NCBI GenBank assembly: GCA_048013815.1
Contig: CM106586.1
Location: forward strand, 8,184,001 to 8,248,000
Direction of reading: 5' to 3'
DNA length: 64,000 nucleotides
Source: Setoptus koraiensis
Lineage: Eukaryota > Animalia > Arthropoda
In this document: one piece after another, positions 38,819-50,481 of the stretch
Layout: each line of letters begins with the position of its first letter
How positions within the stretch are numbered: the stretch's first letter is position 1
Program-made: the position numbers and the translations under genes
Notes under the pieces: generated by a model
Database searches by the model: none
The model's input: only the letters and a program-made list of their open reading frames with translations
What the model was told of the DNA's origin: nothing

Positions 38819-38991
38819 CATACTTTTACTTGCGCCTCGCTCAAGTCCAACTGCGAAGCCAAATATAATCTCTCTTGTCCCACCAGGTACATCTGACGTT
38901 CGAATTCCACCTCTAATCGCTCCAATTGTTCAGGTGTAAATATTGTTCTTATTCTTTTGCTTCTTGTTATTTTGTTGCTGCTACCGTTGGT

Positions 38992-39025
<34 letters not shown>

Positions 39026-39974
39026 CTGTTGTTGTTGTTGACGTTGTTTTGAGCTGGTGTCGTAGCCTGATGTTGTCTCTTGTTATTGTTTGTCTGTTGT
39101 TTGATGTTTGTGGTAGGTAGTAGTGTGGTTGTGTTTTCCATTTTTGTCGTCGTTGTTAATCTTGATTGATACGTCGAACTTGTCGTATTGGTGATGGTGG
39201 CGGCGGTAGTCGTGCTGGACGTTGTGGTTGTGGGTAGCTTGTGGTGAGCATGTTGTTGCTGTTGTTGTTGTTGCTGCTGTTGTTGGTGATGATGATGATG
39301 TTGTTGTTGGTGGTGATGCTGTTGATGATGGTAATTTTGGTGATGCTGCTGATGAACATGCTGGTGCTGCGCTTGGTGGTGCTGGTGGTGGTGCTGACGA
39401 TGGGTGGTTGGGTCTGACATAACTGCTGCCGCCGCGGCCGCTTGCATATGCTGATTGAGAAATAATTGATAATAGTAGTTATTGGCCGACGTTGGCGTGG
39501 TGTTACTGTTAATTGTTGCCGGCGTTGATATTGTTTGTTGTTGCCTAATTGTGCTGGCCATTGTTGGCGGCAACGCTAGCGACGCTGCTGCTGCTAGCTG
39601 ATTACTAGTGAGATTGTGATTATTACTGAGATTGTGATTACTAAATAAAGAATGGTGTTGCTGGCTCATTGACGGATCTTTAATTACGGGAGATAATGAG
39701 GGCGAACGGGCCATTATGTCGCTGCCGCTTGCATAACCGCTACCACAAACGCTGCCACTAGTGCTACTGGCACTGCTACTTATGTTGTTGCTCATATTAG
39801 ACATGCTCGACATGATGTCGCACGATGGTAACATGGTTGTGGTTGCATGAGAATGACCTATATTGTTGTTGCATCTGGCGCCAACAATAGGTAAGCCACC
39901 GATATAGGCTGGGGCCGTTGGCGGCATTGTGGTGGTTGCTGTTGCTGTTGTTGTTGGTATCTCATAATCATCGA
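38819..39974 (-). CDS. Not: Not/Noto-class homeobox protein, main exon (H/Q/N/A-rich region plus homeodomain helices 1 to 3)
   Basis: [49 protein letters not shown] is typical of the Not class. Donor TG|GTAAGT splits W48 (38819/38818). The 5' boundary (acceptor GTGTAG| at 39975, or ATG near 39925) is uncertain. Confidence 0.88.
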
Positions 39975-40375
39975 CTACACTCGCACGCAACAACAAATTG
40001 GTTGCGCAGTTGTATCAGAGCGGTTGAAGTTTAAGTGATTGTTGTGTCGTTGATATTATGTCGTTACGTGGTGGTCATGACATGGTTGTTGAGGCGGCGC
40101 CAGCACCAGCAGAGGCATGCATTTCAATTATGATTATTATTATTATTATTATGAGATATTGAGGCGCAACAACAACAACAAAACACGTATGACGAGCGCG
40201 TAACAGCAATAACAGCGACAAAGACAACGACGATGTGACGTGATGCAGACAAGGCGCAGCGAACACGACCACGTATCACGGTTATGAGTAGTCGAGTCGG
40301 TTACAAGTCGGTGCGATATGGTCGTCAATCAAGATTGCGTGTCCATTCGAGCGCGCAATATGACACAACATGTCA

Positions 40376-40412
<37 letters not shown>

Positions 40413-41057
40413 ATTAATTTCAGCAACAATAACACACAAGCCGCCCCAAATGATTGAGAACAGCGGCGGTTGTTTGCAGTTTGTGGTTGTTTGTTGGTCG
40501 TCGGTGGTTGGTGGTCGGTGGTAGTTTGTTGTCAGTTGGTGGTGATAAGATGAAGAGGAACAGAGGAGAAGAATTTAGAATTTGGTTAGTGTGTGTGCGT
40601 GTGTGTGTGCGTGTGGTCAACAAGGGCTAGTGTTGGTGTGTGGTCATCTTCTCGTAATCTCACAAGAGGCTCTCGCAAATCGCATATCGGCCCTGTCAGA
40701 TGATGCATGCTCAAGGAGCGACGAGGAGCCCCTCGGGGGGACATTGTCGTTGCTTGTTGCACCGACTTGAGAAGAACGCTGGTCGGCGCAACAATCAGCG
40801 ATGCCTCGTTACGCTATCCTCTGTCAACTTGCTTCGAACCAACAACTTGACAAAATCACTCACAGGCGACTGGCCAGGTTTGCCCAATTGTTTCGGCCAC
40901 GGCGACCTCTGGCCGTGGCGACTCGCGATTGCCAGAGGTGAACAACAGGGCGATGCTGTCAGGCTGATACCATGCGATGGATACTGCGAGATACCCCGAT
41001 AGTGATATTATCACGGCCAGGGGAGAGAGAGAGAGAGAGAGAGAGGGCGCTCATTAC

Positions 41058-41241
41058 CTTGATAAGAGGATTTGCCTAACTGACGGATGACTTGCTGTTG
41101 CTTGATGGTGATCACTTGATCGCGCTGCTGATCGCGTTGCAAATCGTGCTGGTGACTATGATGACTGGCATAGGGTCGGTACCGGCGCTGTTGGTGCAGG
41201 TCGGCGTGGCCGGGGCCGCTTTCTTGTTGCGTTATCCTCAT
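41058..41241 (-). CDS. Candidate first coding exon of the Not gene
   Basis: MRITQQESGPGHADLHQQRRYRPYASHHSHQH...SSYQ ends at a phase-1 donor G|GTAATG, which joins in frame to the phase-1 acceptor at 39974 (total 494 codons). Inferred from phase agreement only. Confidence 0.4.
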
Positions 41242-41689
41242 TGTTTGTTGCTTTGTCGTCGGTGATGTCGTCGTCGTTGTTGTCGGTGATGTCGTCGTCG
41301 TTGTTGTCGGGTGTTGTCGTCGTTGTGGCCGATACTGGAACTGACTGCTGTTTGTTGTCGCTACTTTTGACTCGATGCTGACGATCGCGGGGCAAAACTC
41401 GAAATGACGACACCCTCTGACTTGGAGAGGGCTCAACTATCAACTTTCAGCCTTCAGCCAACTTGACGCTCACTGTCAGCCCCTGTCGGCCCCCGGACCA
41501 CGTCGCCCAGGCAACCTGGGCGCATGCGCCCAGGTGATGGCCGCGCTCAACGCGCGCACTGACTACGCCGCGAAATCGTGATACGCCGAGTTATAGTCGC
41601 CCTGTGTATGCTAGCGCCAATCTCAACTACCATATAATTTCTCCTTGCTCTCCACGCCAGCATCACCAAAGCCAGCACCACCGACAGCA

Positions 41690-41780
41690 CCAGCAACACC
41701 GGCAGCAGCACCGACAGCAGCACCGACAGCAGCACCGACAGCAGCACCGACAGCTACACCGACAGCAACACCGACAGCGC
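41690..41780. repeat. 12-bp tandem repeat (cagcaccgacag, ~7 units)
   Basis: Seen directly. Confidence 0.85.
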
Positions 41781-42547
41781 CACTCCCCGAGCGAGACCAG
41801 CAAACCTAATGAACACTACTAAACCGTCGCTGGACACTAGCGGACAATGGTGGCCGTAGCCGTACCAGAAAGTTTACTACAAAAAGCAAACGCCGATACA
41901 GTCAGACAGTGTCAGACACCGTCAAATACTGTTAGATGGTGCCACAAGTTGGCGATAGTCGGACCAACGGCCGACGCAAACGCTTTATTTGACACATTAT
42001 TAGCCTACATGCAACCCTATCTTCTCGCATGCCTCTCCTCCAGCCATTGGCACCTTTCTCACTGTGAGCCCAGCCGATCCCGGTCGATCCGGGCCGGGCA
42101 AACCTAAGCAAACCAAATCGAGCCCTAATCGGTGTTGCGGATGCTGGCAGCGCCGTCAATCGCCGGTGCCCTTGTTCGTGTCTCCCTATAATATGAGCCT
42201 TATATAATCCTGAAATATACGGCCAAACCCTGGCGGCGGATATTTCAAGCCAAGCGACGCCTATCTTTGGCCGAGTCAACTGTGTTTGTCTGGTTGATTT
42301 CGAGCTGCACCAAATGTGACGCACCCCGGTGCTGACTCTGGTCGGGCGACCAGAGTCCGGTGCCGGGCCAATCGCCAGGCCTCCGCACGACGCATGGCCT
42401 CGTTGGTTTGATCTGGATAGCGGTATTATTAGTGCCCGTGAAGTGCTCACAGGGCTCGCATGGGGCTCGCATGGGGCTCACATGGGGCGCAATTAGTGCC
42501 ACGAGGTGCAAAAAGTTTATATTTAGCTATTAAAGTCTCAATCGAGT

Positions 42548-42604
42548 CTTGAGGCTTGCAGGCGACACCAACGAGGTGAGTTGGTATCGCCTGCAAGCCA
42601 GAAG
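42548..42604. other. Near-perfect stem-loop (20-bp stem, 1 mismatch, 7-nt loop); candidate pre-miRNA or structural element
   Basis: ggcttgcaggcgacaccaac (42553-42572), loop gaggtga, gttggtatcgcctgcaagcc (42580-42599), with outer ctt/aag pairing. Confidence 0.6.
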
Positions 42605-43426
42605 TTGCTCTCTCCAAAAGTTTGCCTCTTCATGGTCAGCGTGTGTCAGCCACAAGCAATTTGTGTGTAGCGTTTAGGTGTATTTTGCATTATTTAGGTG
42701 CATTCAGTTAGTTCAATAAATGGCTGGTTCTATCAATGGTCTGGTTGATCATTGTACGGAATCAATGGCTTTTTGGTTAGAGTTGATCGACGAGCAACAC
42801 ACGCACACACAAGACTGTTGTGATAAGAGAAGATTAATTTTGGGTGGTCAACTGGACAACCCAAATGAGAGCCAGTGCACAACAATGGACATGACAATGG
42901 TGAAAATTGTTCAGTGGGCACCATTGTCAGCCAGAGAGGGCTCCTCTCGCTGACCGTCCAACAAATGCGCGTTCCAACACACAGTGGCCACTCTGACCGG
43001 ACAATTGATTTCGTCGACAATGATTACACGCAAACAACGTACGCATATAAAGTTGGTTTCGTCTCGGGTATACCTAGCAAATACCTCTGTCATGAAGCTT
43101 TGCGATGCGGGGGTATCCAGCGAACGGCCTCATCACGTTAGCGATGATAATTGAAACAACAACAACAGTAATGATACTAATAGCAATACAACAACAACAA
43201 CAGCAACAACAACAACAATAATAATAATAATAATGATAACAAGTTAACAAGTTTATGACCATAACATTGAAATTAGGCGCACATGTCAGAAGGGCACACG
43301 TAGGGCTCCTCGGCTGGCCACGGCGCGCTATACCGACAGTGTGGCGATTGCAATTTTCAATTGCTCATTAGTTACACACTGTTTACCATACTATTATTAT
43401 TGTATTGGATTGCAGTGACCAGTATG

Positions 43427-43540
43427 TACCTGTGTCCAGTTGTTTGTCGCCAGGGTCGCCACCAGGTAGCCGGCAGCCGGCCGCCAGGTAAGCACCCAGC
43501 ACCCCGCTTACCTGTAGTGTGTGTGTTTAGCCTACAGGTA
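43427..43540. promoter_or_regulatory. Cluster of five CAGGTA motifs (candidate enhancer)
   Basis: tacctg at 43427, caggtag at 43463, caggtaa at 43485, tacctg at 43509, caggta at 43535. Confidence 0.45.
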
Positions 43541-45084
43541 TCCCGGTGAGCGGCGATACCGGCGAAGCTGTGGGCAGTGGTTGTCTCATTCTCACGGTAG
43601 CCTAGAAAGCGGCTTATCTGGTCTTGTCTCTTTGTTGATGTTGTTTGTCGTCGTTGATTAGATTGATCATCGAGTAGCGATCATAACGATGATCACAACA
43701 ATAATGAATACTGCCACTAATAGTTAGAGTGCTGCTCAATTAGCATGACTGACTCTATTGGACACAAACAGCAGCAGCAGAAACCGTCCCGTCAGACGAG
43801 TTAAAGACAATCATTGTTTGCTGACAGTGCCTGCTTCCCTTCACAGTGTGTGCCGTCCCTAAAAACCAATTAGTGGTAGGCAAATGATTAGTCAAAGTGC
43901 TGACTGCTGCCGCCCAAAATCAAGTTATCATCACTTTAACCGGTGTGCGCCGCCAGATTCTTCCACAAGCTCTAACACGAACCAACCAGCAACCAACAGA
44001 CTAAAAGACCAACAACCAACAGACTAACAGACCAACATAGGCACACTCACATGGTGAGCGGCCAAAATAACAAACGTGCACCCCAATAATCATATCAATC
44101 ACCAATCTCATGTTATCGGCAGTAGCTAAATGAGGAAGCAGCAATCAATCACCGTTGTAATTAGAAGCCGGCGCATTACAGTGTTGTGCTGCTTTAAACA
44201 ATCTCACGCTTCTCTGGCCGGTCGCTTCACCTTGTCACTTGCCTATATGATGGCCAAGTACAGCCATGTGGGCCTTTTATTGATCACATTCGAGCTAATT
44301 ATAGCATCCATATAACGATACGCTAACAAATACAACGTATGAACACAGTCTGAAACAGTGCCTGATATGGTCAACTGGTATTCATTCATGTCATATATAA
44401 TCTTGGCGATCCTTCGGGTGAACAAGCGGAAACACAACACTCTCGGCTAAAGAACGCTATTTTCCAACATCAACTATACCTCGAGTGTCCAATGTTGTGT
44501 GTGTGTGTGTGTGTATGTGTTTACTCATTGATACATGATTATATCCATTCTTTGCTAATAATCAATAGTATGTTGTGTGCTGACCATTGATTAAACTTAA
44601 TCTTTAAACTGGCTACTGGCTGACGGATACAACAACAAATGACAATTGCTGCTAAACGTATATATGCTGCTGAAATGTGTCCTTCGCTTATTTCTGTTGT
44701 AGAGTAAATCCATTGTACAGTATGCATGACAGTATGCCTCTTTCATTAGAACAAAATGGTATATAAAATCTATTAATGGAACACAATAATAATACGCGCT
44801 ACAAACATCTTCACAATTAAATAGATATCATCATTACTAGGTACTTAACCAGCGAGAGTATGTTAATGAGATTGTATTTGTCTGTTAGTTCTCAACAAAT
44901 GTCATCACTAATCCTGAAAATCTCGCAATCGCACTGTTCAATTAAATGGATAAAGTGACGGATTGATAATATTCAATTATATTCAATTGATACAATACAC
45001 ATCCTCTCTCGCACACACACAAACACTCACATACAGATATAGGGACACCTCTATATAGGTAGTGGTGCTAATCTTCATCGAACC

Positions 45085-45290
45085 CAACTTCGAAGCCAAA
45101 TATAATCTCTCCTTCACTGTATACAAGCTATATCATTCGACGCATGCGAATTCCAATTGTTCAGGATCGCTCCAATTGTTCAGGTGTAAATATTGTTCTT
45201 GTTCTTTTGCTTCTCGTCTTGCTATTGTATACTCACAGACACCATCTCTTGTTAGTTTGTTTAACAGTTTGATTGGTAGTGACAGTGGAA
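45085..45290 (-). pseudogene. Decayed partial duplicate of the Not homeobox
   Basis: Minus strand reads [20 protein letters not shown], then after a 14-nt duplication PEQLEFACVE*YSLYTVKERLYLASKLGS. DNA such as atcgctccaattgttcaggtgtaaatattgttctt is identical to ~38916-38950. Confidence 0.88.
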
Positions 45291-46058
45291 TTAGCATTAG
45301 AGGTGGTGTTAGTTGTATAGAAACGGCTGCTGATAACGGTGTTGCCCTCAGACAGTTGATACTGGCAAAGCTATTGGTGAGTTAACAAATCTCACACAAT
45401 ATAGATTGTAGTCAATCCTAGCAGAGAATCGACGTCGAAAAATATGACAGAAAGAAAGATAACGTTGAGGCTATTGTTTGTGAGTTGGAACAAAGATGTT
45501 CTAAAGATAACTTATTTATTTGGGTGGCTAATCAAATCATGTGATGAAAACTTTGATTTGCATGATAGAACTAAACATCAAATCGCTTTCACTATGGATT
45601 GAAAGCTATTAAATATAGTGTATATTTGTTTCAACATTAATTCTGTTTACTTGTTCTGTGTAGGCACTTCCGAATCTAATCTGGGTGACTGTATCTCACG
45701 GAAATACAAGCATAATGTTAATCACTGTCTTGCAATATTAGAACATCAATTATCCAGTAATCTGCCAAGATGTACATACTTGGATTGCATAAACTGCACA
45801 ATCTGAATTATTGATTATTCTCGGAAAACACACAAGATACGATAGAGGACTTTTAGTTAGAATGAAATGATAAAATCATTGTTGCTATATCCGCTAATAT
45901 CCTATAGATTTTTGACTGGATGAGTTTAGCGACCACTGTTTAAATTGAATCATATGATAGGTGGCTAGGAGAAATACATCAGTCAACCTTTTTTCAATTT
46001 GCTATTTATTTTCAAATTGTTGTAGTATCACTTTTTAATAATCCTGAATAAATATATC

Positions 46059-47690
46059 TCACTGACCTGGCTCTCCATTACCTTGTCGTCTTGGAGCTGA
46101 AAATCTAGCCAACCCTGCTTGCAATTGAGGCCCCAAGTGACCCATTGAGCCTAAACCAGACCTTGCTAGATCTTGATAATATTTAGCTGCCATTAAAGAT
46201 CTGTCTAGTTCACTATTAGTTGTTTTAGTTAATGAAGAAAGTCCAGCCAAAGTAGGCGGCAAACCACCTAAGAGGCTCAACGATGGATCCAAATTTAATG
46301 GATGAGTGTGGAATGGAGGCCTAAGATGTGGAGGATACATGGGTAGAAATGGGAACCGATCTGGCGACATGTTGGATGGTGATCCGTTCGAAGGAGGATA
46401 GGTAGGACCAGGTAGGCCAGGACTACCACCAAAACCGTGATATGCATTAGGCATAGCACCGGATAGAGGTCCCATAGATGTAATATGGCCGCCAGATTTC
46501 GCTGTGTTGTACATAGATTTTGGGGATGGTGATCGTTCATCTTTGCTTGGGCCTTGTTTCATTGCTCCACCCAACGAGGCGCTGGCACTACCACAATCAA
46601 TAGGAGGCGGGATACCAGTTGAAGGTAAACGACTAAACATACTATACGGCGGAGGTGGGCCTAGGGGCCCGGGCGGCCCAGATGGACAAGGAGGATTGTT
46701 GCGGTTTGGGTAGCCAGGATAATTTAAGAAAGAAGACTGTGGCCGCGGCGACAAGTGTGATTGTTTTTTCATTGGCGATGGTGATCTATCAGTTGAGCCA
46801 GAACTAGATATAGGCCTCTTGAGAGATTGAGAGGACTGCCTAGAAGAGGATGACGACATATTCAGATTTATAGGAAGCGGATTTGGGCCGCTAGAGCTCC
46901 GATTGATATCGTGCATCGTGTGCTGGTACGATTTAGGAGACGATGAACCTAGCTGTGATTGGGCCAAGTATGATGAAGATGCTGATGGTGGCATCCCCAT
47001 CTGAAGAGCTGGACTCATTGGAGGCATAAGAACTGGTGATTTATAGTCAGGTGGTAACAATGAAGATGTCGATGTCATAGGCAAAGGCTTGCTATTTGAA
47101 ACAGGTGGCATAGATTGTGAGCCTGGTGGTGGTGGTGGTGGTTGAGCCGACATAGGCGTAGATGGGTGCAAAATCATATGAGACAACGCTGGATTGTTGA
47201 GGTGTTCTGGCCTAATGGACGATGCTGGACTTCCTTTGAATGGGTAGAAAGGAAAATTCTGGGCATCTCCCATAGACAAAGATAAAAAACTATTTGGACG
47301 CATAGAGGCCTCATTCATGAGCAATTGCTGATAGGCTGCCGCCCCAGCAACTGTAGTAATTGGATGCGGAACAGAAGGATTGGACATGGGTATTGGAGAA
47401 GGTTGAGTCGCCTGAATCGAATGTCGTTGCTGTTGCTGAATTTGTAGCTGTTGTTGTTGCTGCTGCTGTTGGTGATGTTGTTGCTGGCGCTGAATTTGTT
47501 CTTGTTGTTGCTGTTGTTGTTGCTGTTGTTGCTGTTGTTGTTGTTGTTGTTGCTGTTGCTGCTGTTGCTGTTGTTGCTGTTGTTGTTGTTGTTGTTGTTG
47601 TTGTTGCTGTTGTTGTTGTTGCTGTTGTTGTTGTTGCTGCTGTTGTTGGCGCTGGATTTGTTCTTGCTGTTGTTGGCGCTGGATTTGCTC

Positions 47691-47746
<56 letters not shown>

Positions 47747-48494
47747 GCTGCTGCTGCTGGCGTTGGATTTGTTCTTGTTGCATAAGAAAAATATGTTGAT
47801 GTGAAGAGAGAGTAGTGGGGACTTGATTGTGAGGAGGTGGAGGAGGCGGGGGAGGTTGCTGAAGAACTTTGTTTTGGTTATTCTGATTCTTGTAGCGAGG
47901 TGGCTTATGCTGAGGTGGTTGCGTTGTATTAAGATGTTTGTTAGTTGGCTGTTGTTGATGTTGTTGTTGCTGCTGATGTTGTTGCTGCTGATGTTGTTGC
48001 TGCTGTTGTTGGAGCTGTTGTTGTTGGAGTTGCTGATGTTGAACAACTTCAATTACAGGCTTCTGAGTAGTCAAAATATTTAAATCACGATGCTTTTGTT
48101 GCTGATCTTGCTGCAATCTTTGTTGACCATCAACGATGAGTTGTTGTTGTTCCTGTTGTGGTGGTTGTTGCTGTTGTTCGTCCATGACACCTGGTTCACG
48201 TTGTTTCTTTTTGGCGTCTTCATCGTAGAGGACACGTTTCAATTGAGCAAATAGACTGTGTTTCTCATCTTTGAGATCAACGAGGCGCTTTTGGAGGCCA
48301 GCTAACTGTTCTTTGATCTGATCTAATGTCATAGCATCTTGACGAGCCTTTTCCTCTTTCTCTTTTTGTAATCTCTTCTCTATGGCGTCTTGTTCGAGTT
48401 CTTGTTTTAATTGTAATCTCTTTCGCATGATATGTTTCTTAAGTGCAGACTTCATGACCGGATCAATGTCCACGGATTTCTGCACAACAGTCAT
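46059..48494 (-). CDS. GPS2: G protein pathway suppressor 2 homolog (NCoR/SMRT corepressor subunit) with expanded polyQ and P/S-rich tail, intronless
   Basis: The N-terminal coiled coil ALKKHIMRKR...MTLDQIKEQLAGLQKRLVDLKDEKHSLFAQLKRVLYDE matches the GPS2 domain (MSLEETKEQILKL...EEKHQLFLQLKKVLHEE). First ATG at 48494. Confidence 0.85.
47440..47790 (-). repeat. CAA/CAG polyglutamine tract within GPS2 (~110 residues with EQIQR spacers)
   Basis: Seen directly. Confidence 0.95.
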
Positions 48495-49354
48495 CTTGAC
48501 AATCAAATTAGAATTTCACTCTATAGATAATATACAATTAATGTCCGAGACGAGCAAAAAATATAATGACCTATTATGATGGTAATAATAATAATGGTAA
48601 TAATGAGAAAACTTGGAGCGCCAGTGGAACGATTGCAGTTGTTGTTGTGAAACGATTGCTGCAGCAATGAATTGCCTGGATATATATATCTATCGGTTTG
48701 TTTATATTAGCGACGATGATAGTGTAATAATGATAATAGTATTGTAAATAATAGTGATTACAATGATGATAATGATATCAATAGTGTTTGGCCTTGTTGT
48801 AACAATGTAACAATGGTAGATGCATTAGCCAGCGGAAAAGCCAACAATGTTTATATCGGTAATAATGTTATGATAATCGTTGTTATTATATTATAATATA
48901 TATAATAAGAATTGTTTAATCATAGCAATAGTGGGTATTGTTGAATATCGTCTAGGCAGCATACAATGGTACATTATTTGTATCAATATAAGGAAAATCC
49001 TCAATAGGCAATCCAGCTAGAAGTGTTATTTTAGAACCAGATGATTCATTAGAATTGGAAGCAGCAGACATAGCTAACGAGAGAATGTATCAACTGCTCT
49101 AGGCTGCCAGATGCGCTCGCTCTCACACGGGCGCAAACGCACACACACCTTCAAATGCCTTTACCCTCCACCGACAATGCCACATAATTCAATATTTTTT
49201 TTACTATTCTATATTTTTACTATTTATATATAAATATATATGTGACTATTGCTGTTTCACATGTATAGACAACCTGGGCCTTCTATTACCCGAGCTCATA
49301 TGAATGATTGACCAATTTGTATTATTGTAATCTCAAAAATTTGTTTGCTCCGAA

Positions 49355-50358
49355 ATGAATGGTATGCACCTAATGGACGCACCAGACGACAAAGATTTTT
49401 TACGCGAAAAATATTTCAAATCAGTCGGAATGGAAGAGAGCAGACAAGAACAGATAAAGACTAGCACCCTGTATAAAACACAACATTGCAACAATATTGA
49501 CGAATCACCACCACTGCCTATCAATTTACTCGCCTCAAGTAACAATCTTGTGAACTATGCCAATGCATCGGCATTCAATATTAAACACAACGAAGACGAA
49601 CAAGAGTCATTCGACTACTATAACACGGATGCCCAGTTCAACTATTATAACAATGCACCTCTTAATACATATTACAATGTTAAACAAGTGAGAAACGATA
49701 CAAATTTTCTGCCAATCAGATCAACAAATAATACTTTGATTGGCCACAATGGACACAAGAAAAGACCTTCGCCAATATTGGGTACGTCGCCAACTCCGCT
49801 AGTAAACGAAAGACATAAAGTTGGCTTTACGCACTTTCGCATTTGTAATCTTCTTGGCCGTTCTATTGTAAGTGTTTGAACCTTATCCCGATTCCACAAG
49901 CTGGTTATCTACCTCTATCATTATCTTTCAAATCACACCTTAGTAATAGCCTATGTCATATCATATAAAATAACAAAATATCTTATTGAAGGACTCAGAT
50001 ATTCCCGTGCCGCCTAGGCAGTACACTGTAGTGGGTAACACAAAAGTTGGCTTTCCTCAATTCAGGCAGCTTAAGAACCCGTTTATTGGTGAGTTTATCT
50101 CTATTGATTGACGCTCATCAAATAAGCCTAAAAGTCGTCTATTCTAATCTGTCGCTGTATTTTGAAATAGATCCTGTATCAGGTATTACACTGCAAGCAG
50201 GTCAAAGAGTGCGAGTAACAGGGCCATCACCGGAACCGCCTCGAGGTCGTCTACGCGTATCGCATCAGTGCGGTAACGAAATACACTCTATCGATGTGCC
50301 ACATTACCATTTCTTGAGACTCAGCGAATTGGATATATCGAATGTATTCAAACAATAA
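49355..50358 (+). CDS. Hypothetical 3-exon protein (~247 aa) with an SH3-like C-terminal segment
   Basis: Exons 49355-49867, 49992-50034 and 50171-50358 join in frame through GT-AG introns. C-terminus YTVVDPVSGITLQAGQRVRVTGPSPEPPRGRLRVSHQ...IDVPHYHFL has an SH3-like hydrophobic pattern. Family not recognised. Confidence 0.65.
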
Positions 50359-50481
50359 ATTTATTATTATATTTTTTCAACATCAGGGGTGAAATTGATT
50401 GAATTTTATTATCGTTTTAGACAGTCAAGTGATTATTGATTAATTAATTTATCTAGTCCGAGTCAAGATTGAAGCAGTTGA

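Noticed and set aside
45420-45620. Gag-like phrase KYDRKKDNVEAIVCELEQRC
   Set aside because: Under 45 codons, with no LTRs, zinc knuckle or pol remnants nearby.
47315-48083. Poly-L, poly-V and poly-N ORFs over GPS2
   Set aside because: Shadow frames of the polyQ tract.
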